Source: Candidatus Magasanikiibacteriota bacterium
Lineage (GTDB): Bacteria > Patescibacteriota > Patescibacteriia > Magasanikbacterales > UBA922
Length of the DNA stretch: 64,000 nucleotides
Assembly (NCBI GenBank): GCA_018661775.1
Contig: JABJHO010000014.1
Span: 42,305-106,304, forward strand
Direction of reading: 5' to 3'
How positions within the stretch are numbered: the first letter of the stretch is position 1; each line of letters starts with the position of its first letter. Shown piece by piece: positions 31,378 through 41,458 of the stretch. The notes beneath the pieces were generated by a model, which did no database searches, had not been told where the DNA came from, and saw only the letters and a program-made list of their open reading frames with translations. Made by a program: the position numbers and the translations under genes.

Positions 31378-32808
31378 ATGGAATTACACACATTATCAAT
31401 TGCCGAAGCAAGAAAAGGTTTGGATGACAAACAGTTTTCTTCTGTTGAGCTGACACAGGCGTGTTTGGAAAGAATTGCACAAAGAAATGATGAGATTAAT
31501 GCATTTATTACGGTTACCGAAGAGTTGGCACTTACAGAAGCACAAAAGGCTGACACAAGAATTGCACAAGGGGAGGTAGAAATGCTTACCGGTATTCCGT
31601 TTGGTGTAAAGGATGCTATTTGTGTGCAGGGGGTTCGTACTACTGGTGCAGCCAAGATTTTGGATAATTATACCGCGCCATATGAGGCAACCGTTATCAC
31701 GAGGATAAGAAAACAAGGTGCGGTACTTTTGGGAAAACAAAATTGTGATGGTTTTAGTCATGGGGCAAGCAATGAAAACTCCATGTATGGTCCGGTAAAA
31801 AATCCAATAGACACCACAAAAGTACCTGGTGGTTCTTCTGGTGGTTCAGCAGCTGCTGTTGCAGACAATCAATGCATATTTTCTATCGGAGGAGACACTG
31901 GCGGGTCCATTCGTCAGCCAGCAAGTTTGTGTGGTGTGGTTGGGATGAGACCAAGTTATGGGAGAAATTCTCGATATGGCATTATGGCTTTGGCAAGTTC
32001 TTTGGATGTAATAGGTCCTCTCACAAAAACGGTAGAAGATGCTGCGTTGCTTATGGAAATTATGGCTGGACATGACCCAAAAGATGCCACAACGGTGGTA
32101 GACCATATTCCTGACTATAGTAAAAAAAGTCAAACAGATGTTGCTGGCTTGAAGATAGGAGTGCCAAAAGAGTATTTTTCACAAGATGGTGTAGACCAAG
32201 AAGTGCAAGAACGTATATACCAAAATATAAAGTCATTAGAAAAGCAGGGGTGTACTGTAGTAGAAGTTTCTCTTCCACACACACGATACGCAATTGCAGC
32301 GTATTATGTTCTTATGTCTTCTGAGGACAGCTCAAATTTAGCACGGCTCGATGGTGTTCGGTATGGTGTGCGAGAGGCGCAAGATACGCTGTATAATACG
32401 TATAGCAACTCAAGAGCCGAAGGGTTTCCAGAAGAGGTAAAGCGTAGGATTATGATGGGAACGTATGTGCTGTCTGCTGGATACTATGAAGCGTATTACA
32501 AAAAAGCACAAAAAGTACGGACACTTATTGCACAGGATTTTGAGACTGTGTTCTCGCAAGTTGATGTACTTATTTCCGCAACCTCGCCATTTACTGCATT
32601 TGGGATTGGGGAAAAGTCACAAGATCCCCTTAGCATGTATCTTGCTGATGTTTTAGTGAGTCCAGCCTCTCTTGCTGGTGTGCCAGCACTATCTGTTCCA
32701 GTGGGTACTGCGAGTAATGGCTTACCGATTGGCTTGCAGGTGATCGGACCACGCCTTGGTGAGAGTTGTGTGTTGCAGGTTGGAAATAGTATTTTTAATA
32801 ACCAATAA
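31378..32808 (+). CDS. gatA: Asp/Glu-tRNA amidotransferase subunit A (amidase)
   Basis: Amidase signature GGSSGGSAAAVA, Ser-cisSer-Lys triad regions. 476 aa. Confidence 0.9.
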   Translation: MELHTLSIAEARKGLDDKQFSSVELTQACLERIAQRNDEINAFITVTEELALTEAQKADTRIAQGEVEMLTGIPFGVKDAICVQGVRTTGAAKILDNYTAPYEATVITRIRKQGAVLLGKQNCDGFSHGASNENSMYGPVKNPIDTTKVPGGSSGGSAAAVADNQCIFSIGGDTGGSIRQPASLCGVVGMRPSYGRNSRYGIMALASSLDVIGPLTKTVEDAALLMEIMAGHDPKDATTVVDHIPDYSKKSQTDVAGLKIGVPKEYFSQDGVDQEVQERIYQNIKSLEKQGCTVVEVSLPHTRYAIAAYYVLMSSEDSSNLARLDGVRYGVREAQDTLYNTYSNSRAEGFPEEVKRRIMMGTYVLSAGYYEAYYKKAQKVRTLIAQDFETVFSQVDVLISATSPFTAFGIGEKSQDPLSMYLADVLVSPASLAGVPALSVPVGTASNGLPIGLQVIGPRLGESCVLQVGNSIFNNQ

Positions 32809-32818
32809 TAATTATCGT

Positions 32819-34228
32819 ATGAAAAAAGCTGATATACAAAAAATGGAATCACAATCAAGGCAGTCTTTTACGTATGCAACGCATGATATTCAAGATTATC
32901 GACAGTCTTGGCGGATATTTCGTATTATGGCTGAATTTGTCGAAGGCTATTCCTTTCTTTCGACGCTAAAAAATGAAATTACTATTTTTGGATCAGCACG
33001 TTTTTCTCCAGATGATCCGTATTATATTATTGCCAGAGAATTAGGAAAGATGTTGGGAGAAAAAGGGCATACCATTATTACAGGCGGTGGTCCTGGTATT
33101 ATGGAAGCAGCAAATCGTGGGGCGCATGACGCTGGTGCAGAGTCTGTGGGGCTAAACATACAATTACCTTTTGAGCAGATACTCAATGCACATACAACCA
33201 AATCTGCATCATTTAATTATTTTTTTACACGCAAAGTAATGTTAACTTCACCTGCGACAGCATTTGTGTGTTTTCCTGGTGGTTTTGGTACAATGGATGA
33301 ATTTTTTGAGGTGGTAGATTTGTGTGAGCTTGGCATGATGCAGTCCGTGCCAATTGTCTTAGTTGGAAGTTCATACTGGAACCCACTTTTGGAATTTCTT
33401 CGAAAGAGTTGTTGCGCTACAGGTTCTATTACAGAAGAACAAATAGATAAAATACATGTTGTTGACACGGCAGAAGAAGCATATATATTGTTACAGGATG
33501 TTGAAGATCGGCCACATGACCCAAACATGGTATTGCATCAGTTTAGCCAAGATGGCAATATAGAGTGGAAGGTATTTAGGATAATGGCAGAACTGGTAGA
33601 AGGGTTTGAGTTTTTGGTAAACATGAAAGAAGATATTACGGTACTTGGAACAAAACACATACCAAAAGATTCGCATTATTATTCTGATGCAGAAAAACTT
33701 GGTAAACAGCTTGTTGATCACGGTTTTTCTGTGGTTACCGGTGGAAAATACGGTATTGCAGAGGCAGTAAACAAAGGTGCATATGAAGCGGGTGGTGCGT
33801 CATACGGACTTGGTATGGATGTTGGTGGGCATAGGGAGCTTAACCCATATCTTACGCAGTCAATGTTATTTCGTTTTGCGTTTACAAGAAAGCTTATTGT
33901 TACGGCACCATCGAAAGGGTTTGTATTTTTCCCAGGTGGGTTTAGTACGCTTCATCAGTTATTTGAAGTGCTTACACTTATTCAAACAAAGAAAATGGCA
34001 AAACGACCTATTATATTATACGACAGAGAATTTTGGCAACCATTGCATGAGTTTATTAAAACAACTATGGTGCATGACGTTGGGACAGTGTCGGATGAAG
34101 ACGATGAGTTGTATCAAATCGTAGACAGTGTGGAGGCTATACATAAAATACTTGGCGAGGCACCCGAAGAGTCAAAACAGTTTACGATGCATTGGGATGA
34201 CGAAACTGCAGCGCACTATAAGCAGTAA
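32819..34228 (+). CDS. tandem LOG-family (TIGR00730, cytokinin riboside 5'-monophosphate phosphoribohydrolase-like) protein
   Basis: Two Rossmann LOG modules: GGGPGIMEA...PGGFGTMDEFFEV and a degenerate second GGKYGIAEA...PGGFSTLHQLFEV. Start at ATG 32819. Confidence 0.7.
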   Translation: MKKADIQKMESQSRQSFTYATHDIQDYRQSWRIFRIMAEFVEGYSFLSTLKNEITIFGSARFSPDDPYYIIARELGKMLGEKGHTIITGGGPGIMEAANRGAHDAGAESVGLNIQLPFEQILNAHTTKSASFNYFFTRKVMLTSPATAFVCFPGGFGTMDEFFEVVDLCELGMMQSVPIVLVGSSYWNPLLEFLRKSCCATGSITEEQIDKIHVVDTAEEAYILLQDVEDRPHDPNMVLHQFSQDGNIEWKVFRIMAELVEGFEFLVNMKEDITVLGTKHIPKDSHYYSDAEKLGKQLVDHGFSVVTGGKYGIAEAVNKGAYEAGGASYGLGMDVGGHRELNPYLTQSMLFRFAFTRKLIVTAPSKGFVFFPGGFSTLHQLFEVLTLIQTKKMAKRPIILYDREFWQPLHEFIKTTMVHDVGTVSDEDDELYQIVDSVEAIHKILGEAPEESKQFTMHWDDETAAHYKQ

Positions 34229-34280
34229 TGAGTATTATTTTGACAGTTACATGATATTTTGTTATTGTGTGACTACTTAT

Positions 34281-34370
34281 GGAGAGATGGCAGAGTGGTC
34301 GAATGCGCAGCCTTGGAAAGGCTGTGTACGAGCAATCGTACCGCGGGTTCGAATCCCGCTCTCTCCGCCA
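34281..34370 (+). tRNA. tRNA-Ser (anticodon GGA), class II with long variable arm, CCA encoded
   Basis: Acceptor GGAGAGA/TCTCTCC, anticodon loop TTGGAAA, T-arm GCGGGTTCGAATCCCGC, ends GCCA. Confidence 0.8.
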
Positions 34371-34378
34371 ATATAAAA

Positions 34379-34466
34379 GGAGAGGTGCCGGAGTGGTTGA
34401 ACGGGGCGCTCTCGAAAAGCGTTGTCCGGTTTTCTCGGACCGCGGGTTCGAATCCCGCCCTCTCCG
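34379..34466 (+). tRNA. tRNA-Ser (anticodon CGA), class II with long variable arm, no encoded CCA
   Basis: Acceptor GGAGAGG/CCTCTCC, anticodon loop CTCGAAA, identical T-arm to upstream tRNA. Confidence 0.75.
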
Positions 34467-34627
34467 CGAATATACAAGAGGTTATGCGGTTTCGCTTCGT
34501 TTCACCCAAATTTTCACACACAGTGGTAAGTCCTTTTTAATTTTTTTTGGGAAATAAAAAACCGCCTCAACCTTTTTTGGTATGTTGGCGGTAAGTAGTT
34601 GGTTTGCTTAGTTCTAGCCTAGCAAAC

Positions 34628-34825
34628 TTATATGGCGGTAATAGTAATGTCGGCTGACCCTCCAAAATTCTTGGCGGTTTCTGCCGCTACACCTGAAAGA
34701 ACGATGGCAGTGTACCAGAAATCTGGGTAGCCACCGCAGGCCTTTTTGACCTTGTTGCGGTTGGTGTTCCACTCGATTTCGGACTTACTGCTTTTCATCA
34801 GCGCCACAACTTCACGTTGGGTCAC
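34628..34825 (-). CDS. hypothetical small protein (65 aa) in GC-rich islet
   Basis: Overlaps upstream lipoprotein gene by 4 nt (operon). GC-rich composition. No motif recognised. Confidence 0.35.
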   Translation of the reverse strand: MTQREVVALMKSSKSEIEWNTNRNKVKKACGGYPDFWYTAIVLSGVAAETAKNFGGSADITITAI

Positions 34826-35385
34826 GGTATGCTCCTTTTGACCGCTAAGAAGTGAATGTCTTTTCTGTCAAACGCATCGCTTTCCCAGGTCTCACTCAGG
34901 CTTAGTACCTGCTTACCTTCAGACTTTTGGAGAATCGGGACATTTATGTGTCCGCAATGAGCCTTCCAGTCAGATCCAAGGGCTACCACGTAACTCTCTT
35001 CTAGGTTTGGATACATAACACTTAGTGCCAGTAACTCTTCGAGAGTTGCGGGTCTGAAACCTTGGTCTTCGAGCTGCGCTTTTGGTGGTTTAGAAAAAGG
35101 GGTCATTCTCAGACGAACCATTTCGACCTTAACCTGTTCCGCGTTACAGTCGTTTTCACGGACACCGCGCACCTCATAGGCGTTGTCATCGCTCAAGATT
35201 CCACTGTAGGCAAAACTTACCCAGTCATATTTTCCTGCTTCAATCATGGTCTTGTGTTTGCAGTTGACCATCACTGAGTAATTTGGGTTTGGTTGCTGGT
35301 TATAATTAGAGGTTGGTTCCTCTGGTGCCGAACAACAAGACAGTGTCAAAATGACACAAATAAAGATAAAAGCTTTCTTTTCCAT
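34822..35385 (-). CDS. hypothetical lipoprotein (187 aa) in GC-rich islet
   Basis: Signal peptide with lipobox LTLSC. GC content visibly higher than genome background. Confidence 0.5.
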   Translation of the reverse strand: MEKKAFIFICVILTLSCCSAPEEPTSNYNQQPNPNYSVMVNCKHKTMIEAGKYDWVSFAYSGILSDDNAYEVRGVRENDCNAEQVKVEMVRLRMTPFSKPPKAQLEDQGFRPATLEELLALSVMYPNLEESYVVALGSDWKAHCGHINVPILQKSEGKQVLSLSETWESDAFDRKDIHFLAVKRSIP

Positions 35386-35775
35386 GGTTGGTATTTCTCC
35401 TTTGTACCAATGGGTTATCAGTCATAGCAGTTTTAGCCAGGACTCTTTAAATCGCTAGTACTAAACGAGCTAAAAGTCATGGCTAAAAGTATTTAAAAGC
35501 GGTTTTAAAGGAACAGTGCAACTCAGCACTCTCTTAGAGAAGAGGTTGGTGGTTGACGGTATTTGAATACTAGCATATAATTATGGTTCTGTCAAGTTTA
35601 AGCACAAGATATAGTAAAGAAAATGCTAAAATTCCTATTTAGGTATGAGTTCCAACAATAATACGACAAACAATAGGCGGTTCGTGATTTGTTCACAAAC
35701 TTACGGTTCATTGGCGTTCTAGTCCCTATTATTACATTATCTTTCGTCGTAGTACTTATAATTAATACAGAATAA

Positions 35776-36489
35776 ATGAAAATCATATTTTTAGCATTTA
35801 TCTTTTGCTTTTTGGTTGAGAAAATTATTCCTGGTTGGGAATTGCCCAAAGTGAAGACCTGGCCATTAAGAGTTTTGGTAATCAATGGAATTCAATTGAT
35901 TGTTGTTGTAATTGGCGGCTTAACTTGGGAAAAATGGTTATCATCCTATTCAATATTTCATTTTGATGTTTTGGAAAACAATTGGATTGGGGCAGGTGTT
36001 GCATATGTTATTGCCACATTCATTTTTTACTGGTGGCATCGCTGGAGACATGAATTTGATGCTTTGTGGTTAGGGTTTCACCAGATTCATCATAGTCCGC
36101 AACGATTGGAGGTTATAACAAGTTTTTATAAGCATCCAGGAGAAATGATAGCTAATTCCATATTAGGGAGTGTTATTGTGTATGTAATTTTAGGGCTTAG
36201 TATAGAAGCAGGAGTAATGTATACGGTGTTTACCGCGCTTGGTGAGTTTTTTTACCACACAAATATTAAGACACCAAGATGGGTAGGGTTTTTCTTTCAG
36301 CGACCAGAAATGCATAGAATTCATCATCAATATAATCGACATAAGAATAATTATGGAGACATTACTTGGTGGGATATGCTTTTTGGAACCTATGAAAATC
36401 CAAAGGAATGGGCACATACCTGTGGATTTGATGATGCAAAAGAGCAAAAATTAATACCTATGTTACAATACAAAGACGTACATAAATGA
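35776..36489 (+). CDS. fatty acid hydroxylase / sterol desaturase superfamily membrane protein
   Basis: Three histidine boxes HRWRHE, HQIHHS, HRIHHQ, 4 TM. Confidence 0.75.
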   Translation: MKIIFLAFIFCFLVEKIIPGWELPKVKTWPLRVLVINGIQLIVVVIGGLTWEKWLSSYSIFHFDVLENNWIGAGVAYVIATFIFYWWHRWRHEFDALWLGFHQIHHSPQRLEVITSFYKHPGEMIANSILGSVIVYVILGLSIEAGVMYTVFTALGEFFYHTNIKTPRWVGFFFQRPEMHRIHHQYNRHKNNYGDITWWDMLFGTYENPKEWAHTCGFDDAKEQKLIPMLQYKDVHK

Positions 36490-36575
36490 GACTAAATTTT
36501 TAGAAATATATCACCTAACATTGATTTTTTCTAGGAATTTTAGTATACTCTTGGTACTTAAATAAGAAAATCTAT

Positions 36576-37052
36576 ATGAATTACAACCTCATACTTACAA
36601 CCATAATATGTATTACGTTGTTTGCCGGTTGTGGAAATAGTGAAAAAGACAAAAATAACATGCATGTAGAAAAACAAACAGACACCAAAAGCATTGAAGT
36701 GTCTGGAGGGTTTTCGTATGTACAGCATACTTCTGGGAGTGTTGGACCATATACACAGACAACGCTTCGAAAAGTGTGTTTTGAGCCAGCACAATTAGAG
36801 ACTATAAATAATGGTAATGTGTTTTGTTTTACCAATACACAAGAAGCCTTGCGTGTTTTAGGTGTGACAGATTTAGATGACTCTTGTCAGAGATATTGGG
36901 GGATTGCAACAATACAAATAAAAAACCTTACTGATACGGTTGGTTCCATATCTAAAGGAGATGACTGTGTAAAGCAGGGGAGTTGTTCCACAAACCAGGC
37001 AGAACTTGTTGGTGTAACAGAATATTTTCAAACTGCTACATGTAAAAAATAA
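36576..37052 (+). CDS. Cys-rich lipoprotein (possible periplasmic partner of FTR1 permease)
   Basis: Lipobox LFAGC, 8 Cys. Directly upstream of the FTR1 gene. Confidence 0.45.
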   Translation: MNYNLILTTIICITLFAGCGNSEKDKNNMHVEKQTDTKSIEVSGGFSYVQHTSGSVGPYTQTTLRKVCFEPAQLETINNGNVFCFTNTQEALRVLGVTDLDDSCQRYWGIATIQIKNLTDTVGSISKGDDCVKQGSCSTNQAELVGVTEYFQTATCKK

Positions 37053-37114
37053 GAGATTTAGTCCATTATCTTTTTCGGTGAAAACAACATTAATTTACGT
37101 AGGTTATTTTATTT

Positions 37115-37945
37115 ATGGAGCAAACAATACAAGCAATGATTATTTCTTTTCGAGAAGGGTTGGAAGCTTTTTTAATTATTACCATCCTTTTAGAATTTCT
37201 AAATAAAACAAATAATACTCGCCTTAAGCCGGTGGTCTGGCATGGAGCAATTACAGGCATTGCTGTTTCTTTTGTTTTTGGTATTGGGTTATTTTGGATT
37301 GCGTCATATATCGGTGCGGTAGACGCAACGGCTAAATTGTGGGAAAGTGTTATGAGTCTTGCGGCGGTTGGCCTTATTGGTACATTTATTGTTGGTATAA
37401 TTAAGCATGGTCGGCATATTGCCACACATATTAAAAATAAGGCAGCGTTGAATATTTCTAAAAAAGGTATGTTTCTTCTTGCATTATTTTTGGTAGCCAG
37501 AGAAGGGGTCGAAATAGCTATTTTTTCTTTTGCAGGAAAATACACGCTTTTCCCCATTCTTGTTGGGGTTGCTTTATCTCTGTTTGTGGTAATACTGATT
37601 CATTTTGCAATTATTAATATTAGATTACAAACTATTTTTATAATAACGTTGGTGTATCTTATACTCCAATCTGGTTTTTTGTTTGGATACAGTATACACG
37701 AAGGACTTTCTGCTTTAAAAAGTTTACAACTACTGGCAGAGAATAATATATTTTTAACAAAAGCATTTAATCTGTCAGATACCATATTCTCACATAAAGA
37801 TGGTATTATTGGGATGCCATTATATATATTGTTTGGATGGTATTCCAAGCCCGAATGGATACAATTGTTTGCGCAGTATGGATTTACTGCCGCATTTTTT
37901 GCATTTTGGTATAAACAATCGATACCTAAAAAATCACGCTCTTAG
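37115..37945 (+). CDS. FTR1/EfeU-family high-affinity iron permease
   Basis: Two REGLE motifs (REGLEAF, REGVEIA) in TM1 and TM4, 7 TM. Confidence 0.75.
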   Translation: MEQTIQAMIISFREGLEAFLIITILLEFLNKTNNTRLKPVVWHGAITGIAVSFVFGIGLFWIASYIGAVDATAKLWESVMSLAAVGLIGTFIVGIIKHGRHIATHIKNKAALNISKKGMFLLALFLVAREGVEIAIFSFAGKYTLFPILVGVALSLFVVILIHFAIINIRLQTIFIITLVYLILQSGFLFGYSIHEGLSALKSLQLLAENNIFLTKAFNLSDTIFSHKDGIIGMPLYILFGWYSKPEWIQLFAQYGFTAAFFAFWYKQSIPKKSRS

Positions 37946-38026
37946 TAGTGTTAAAGATATATATCCTAAAAACAAAAAAAGACCCTTATTTATACTCGCT
38001 GGGTCTTGGGTGCGAGGGTGAGAGGC

Positions 38027-38521
38027 TTAGGTGTGTGGGTTGTACTTGCCCAAAGGCGCGCGCATTTCTGCTGCTCTATAGAGCGTCACACTGACTTCAA
38101 GCATCTCTTGAAGCGAATCGACCACATAGAGGTTGGAGAGTCGAAGCTTCTTGAGATGCTCTTTGACTAGTGCTCGTGCGCGCAAGCTCTCCTTTCTGGC
38201 AACCGCGTCTTCGAGGTTATCATCAAGTTCTTGTTCGATCATGATGACAAAATCTCGACGATCTTCTAGCCTAATAGCGTTTAGCACGCTAAAGCCAGTT
38301 TCAGCGAGAGAGCCTGTGCCATAGGTTTCTCCTGTTATCGGGAAGAGAACGACTTGGTCGTTCGCTAGGTGCTCCGCTTCGATCACGGCGTCTTCAGGTT
38401 TCCAGTCCTCAACCTGTGGGTTAAAGAACTGAATACCTTCTTGGTTGTAGTGACTCATGAATGGAGTGCGCCATTGAGAGTTTCCACAGGTTCCAAAAAG
38501 ACCAATATATAACGTACCCAT
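38027..38521 (-). CDS. hypothetical protein, possibly nucleoside 2-deoxyribosyltransferase-like Rossmann fold, GC-rich
   Basis: 164 aa. YIGLFG N-terminus reminiscent of NDT/LOG-like folds. GC-rich relative to surroundings. Confidence 0.3.
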   Translation of the reverse strand: MGTLYIGLFGTCGNSQWRTPFMSHYNQEGIQFFNPQVEDWKPEDAVIEAEHLANDQVVLFPITGETYGTGSLAETGFSVLNAIRLEDRRDFVIMIEQELDDNLEDAVARKESLRARALVKEHLKKLRLSNLYVVDSLQEMLEVSVTLYRAAEMRAPLGKYNPHT

Positions 38522-38864
38522 AATTACCTCCTTATTGGTAGTGGGTGGTTACGTTTGAGTGTGCACTTTAACACAGTTGTCATTATTTGTCAAGTGTTTT
38601 TCGGGATTTGGGCTAAAATTAGAGGAAAACGTATTGTAAACACTCTTTGGTATTTTTTTTGTTTCTTGGTGCGCTTTTAGGTTGTTTATCTGTGGTTTTG
38701 GTTATAAACTTGTATGTTGGTCTAAAAAGTGCACACACGCTCACTCCTTCTTCGGGTCCACATCCACCACAACAAAATAAGTAATTTTTTCTTTTTGTAT
38801 AATTTGTATAGTATTGATATTTTTGATATACTCAGTATAGCTTTTATTTAATATATATACACAT

Positions 38865-39263
38865 ATGCAACATTTTGTTAATGCACTAAAGAAGTACGCT
38901 GTATTCAGTGGTCGTGCTACACGTTCGGAGTATTGGTACTTTGTCCTTTTTTATAGTATATTTGCTTTTGTGATATCTGTTGTAGAGGGTTTTATACCAG
39001 TATCTTCGGGCTCTGGTAAGTTTATGTGGTTGAGTGTTTTGTATATGTTGGTTATGGTTTTACCTAGTTTTGGGTTGGTCTTTCGACGATTACATGATAC
39101 AGGTCGTTCAGGTTGGTGGTGGCTTATAAATCTTGTTCCGTTTGTGGGTGTGGTTGTTTTTCTTGTCTTTATGTGTTTAGACAGCGCTCCTGGTGAGAAC
39201 CAGTACGGTTCAAGCCCAAAAGGGGTTTCAGCCACCAACCCACCGCAACCAAACATGTCATAG
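38865..39263 (+). CDS. DUF805 family inner-membrane protein
   Basis: RRLHDTGRSGWW signature, 3-4 TM. Confidence 0.7.
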   Translation: MQHFVNALKKYAVFSGRATRSEYWYFVLFYSIFAFVISVVEGFIPVSSGSGKFMWLSVLYMLVMVLPSFGLVFRRLHDTGRSGWWWLINLVPFVGVVVFLVFMCLDSAPGENQYGSSPKGVSATNPPQPNMS

Positions 39264-39336
39264 TGTCTTATATCTTTTTACACAAAAGAAAAACCACCAT
39301 CATTGGTGGTTTTTTATAATACACACCAGCAATTAT

Positions 39337-40143
39337 TTACTTAAACAGGTGATACTTTTTTTGCGTAAATACTATACCAATCAAAAACATGCCGATGCTG
39401 AGTATTTGACCCATGGTAAGTGGTCCTAGAATAAAACCAAGATGTGCATCTGGTTCTCTGGTGTATTCAAGAAGAAAGCGGGCCGTGGCGTATCCGAGCA
39501 TGTATATACCAAGGAGTCGTCCTTTTGCCCATATTTTGGATTTTATTGTCCACAGTAGTGCAAATAGAACCAGCCCTTCAAAACAGGCTTCGTAGAGTTG
39601 CGATGGGTGTCGGAGTAATCCGTCACCAAAATTCATGGCAAGTGGGTGAGTGGTAACCCTACCATATAGTTCGCCATTGATAAAGTTACCAATTCTGCCA
39701 AAAAAATACCCCAAAGGAATAGCCGGAATAAACAGATCAATGAGTTTTTGTATGGAGAGTGTTCTTTTTTTGGCAAACCAGAGTCCTGCAACTATTGCGC
39801 CAATGAGTCCACCATGATACGACATGCCAGCAATACCCACAAGTTTTCCGTCTGCAAATGGCCATAGTATTTGGAGTGGGTGAGAGATATAGTACGAGAA
39901 GTTGTAGAACAAGACATATCCCAGTCTTCCGCCAACAAGGAGTCCGGTAATTGCCCAAATTGTTGCGTCATAGACTGTTTCTTTAGAAAATTCCCAGGAT
40001 TCTTTTTTGAGCCTATACAATACAAGGAGTATGGTTGTGGCAAAAGCCAAAATGTACATGGCTCCGTACCAATGAAGCCGAAAAAAACCCGCATCAAAAA
40101 TATATGGTGATATGTGTAGAGGTAATTCTTGGTAGAAGGTCAT
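39337..40143 (-). CDS. lgt: prolipoprotein diacylglyceryl transferase
   Basis: Lgt signature RHPSQLYE, Y..G.., 7 TM, 268 aa. Confidence 0.85.
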   Translation of the reverse strand: MTFYQELPLHISPYIFDAGFFRLHWYGAMYILAFATTILLVLYRLKKESWEFSKETVYDATIWAITGLLVGGRLGYVLFYNFSYYISHPLQILWPFADGKLVGIAGMSYHGGLIGAIVAGLWFAKKRTLSIQKLIDLFIPAIPLGYFFGRIGNFINGELYGRVTTHPLAMNFGDGLLRHPSQLYEACFEGLVLFALLWTIKSKIWAKGRLLGIYMLGYATARFLLEYTREPDAHLGFILGPLTMGQILSIGMFLIGIVFTQKKYHLFK

Positions 40144-40155
40144 AAATATATGTTG

Positions 40156-40818
40156 TTACCAGGCTATTTCTTGTAACCCGTGTTTTTTGAGGTATGTATT
40201 TGTTTTACTAAAGTGTTTGCACCCAAAAAATCCACGATGAACCGAAAGAGGTGACGGGTGTACCGCTTCTAGCACAAGGTGTTTTTCACGGTTAATGTGC
40301 ATACCCTTTTTTTGTGCATACGATCCCCAGAGTAAAAACACGATATGTTCTTTTTTTTCTGCAATTGTTTTAATAACGGCATTGGTAAATTCTTCCCATC
40401 CTTTTTTTTGATGTGATGCCGCCTGTCTGGCGCGAACCGACAATGTGGCATTGAGCAACAGCACACCTTGTGTTGCCCAGTGAGTAAGATTGCCAGAGGG
40501 TGGTGGTGTTTTTCCTGTATCGCTCTGAATTTCTTTGTAGACATTTTGTAGTGATGGCGGTGTTTTGACACCGTCTTGTACAGAAAAGCATAAACCATGG
40601 GCCTGGTTTGGTCCGTGGTATGGGTCTTGACCCAGAAGCACTACACGAACCGCATTAAATGGCGTAAGCGCAAAGGCATCAAAAATCTTTTTTGGTGGTG
40701 GATATATGGTTGTGCTAAGATGTTCATTGCGCACAAAATCAGCCAAATCAGTAAAATATGGTTTTGTACATTCTTCTTTTAATTCATCTCTCCAGCTTGG
40801 TTCAAGGTGTGCGTTCAT
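40156..40818 (-). CDS. ung: uracil-DNA glycosylase (family 1)
   Basis: GQDPYH water-activating motif, HPSPLS C-terminal motif. Confidence 0.9.
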   Translation of the reverse strand: MNAHLEPSWRDELKEECTKPYFTDLADFVRNEHLSTTIYPPPKKIFDAFALTPFNAVRVVLLGQDPYHGPNQAHGLCFSVQDGVKTPPSLQNVYKEIQSDTGKTPPPSGNLTHWATQGVLLLNATLSVRARQAASHQKKGWEEFTNAVIKTIAEKKEHIVFLLWGSYAQKKGMHINREKHLVLEAVHPSPLSVHRGFFGCKHFSKTNTYLKKHGLQEIAW

Positions 40819-40902
40819 GTATACTTATTGTATTAATCTTATACCATACCTACACTCATTTTATCACGGTGGGGTGGGGGAATACAATAACTCATTATAC
40901 AT

Positions 40903-41289
40903 ATGAAAACAATACTTGTTGATGCGGTACACACGTTTGTAATTAAAGGTGAGGGTGTCTTTGAAGAAATGCATGCATTGCTGGAAGAATATAAGAATAG
41001 AAAAATTATTATTACTGGTGCAAACGATGAGCAAGTGAAGCAGTTTGGTTTGGACAAGGCGCCGTATGAAGTATTTACACTAAAACATGACCCAGAAAAA
41101 TCAGATCCAGCGTATTACACCACCATGCTTAAGCATTTTGATTTAGCACCAGAAGACGTGGTGTATGTTGAACATAATGAGGTTGCCGTAGAAAGCGCTC
41201 GGTCGGTAGGAATTACCACATTTCACTATGATGCGTTGAAAAGAGACGTGGGAGACGTGGGTGTTTTTTTAGAAAAGCACATCTTATGA
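40903..41289 (+). CDS. HAD-like hydrolase fold protein with degenerate catalytic motifs
   Basis: HAD motif I is VDAVHT (first Asp lost), motif IV is EHNE instead of DD. Possibly non-catalytic. Confidence 0.4.
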   Translation: MKTILVDAVHTFVIKGEGVFEEMHALLEEYKNRKIIITGANDEQVKQFGLDKAPYEVFTLKHDPEKSDPAYYTTMLKHFDLAPEDVVYVEHNEVAVESARSVGITTFHYDALKRDVGDVGVFLEKHIL

Positions 41290-41403
41290 ATGAGTGTATG
41301 TGTAATTTTTTTTGCACACTAAAGAACCCCTACCATTAAAGTGAGGTAAGGGTTTTGTTACAGAAGTACGGTTGCGCTTATCGTCTATTTTCTTAATATC
41401 CTT

Positions 41404-41433
41404 ACAAAAAACCCCATCACATTGTGACGGGGG
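41404..41433 (-). terminator. rho-independent terminator for minus-strand small-membrane-protein operon
   Basis: GC-rich hairpin CCCCATCAC/GTGACGGGG followed on the minus strand by a U-run. Confidence 0.4.
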
Positions 41434-41458
41434 ATAGGAAAAAAAGAGCGATAATTAA

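Noticed and set aside
35386-35775. Possible attR copy of the tRNA-Ser 3' end
   Set aside because: Only a weak GGTTCG..ATT resemblance at ~35690. No convincing direct repeat by eye. Needs computation.
35598-35885. 95-aa minus-strand ORF
   Set aside because: Spans a non-coding gap and the start of the fatty-acid-hydroxylase gene. Poor codon periodicity and no RBS context.
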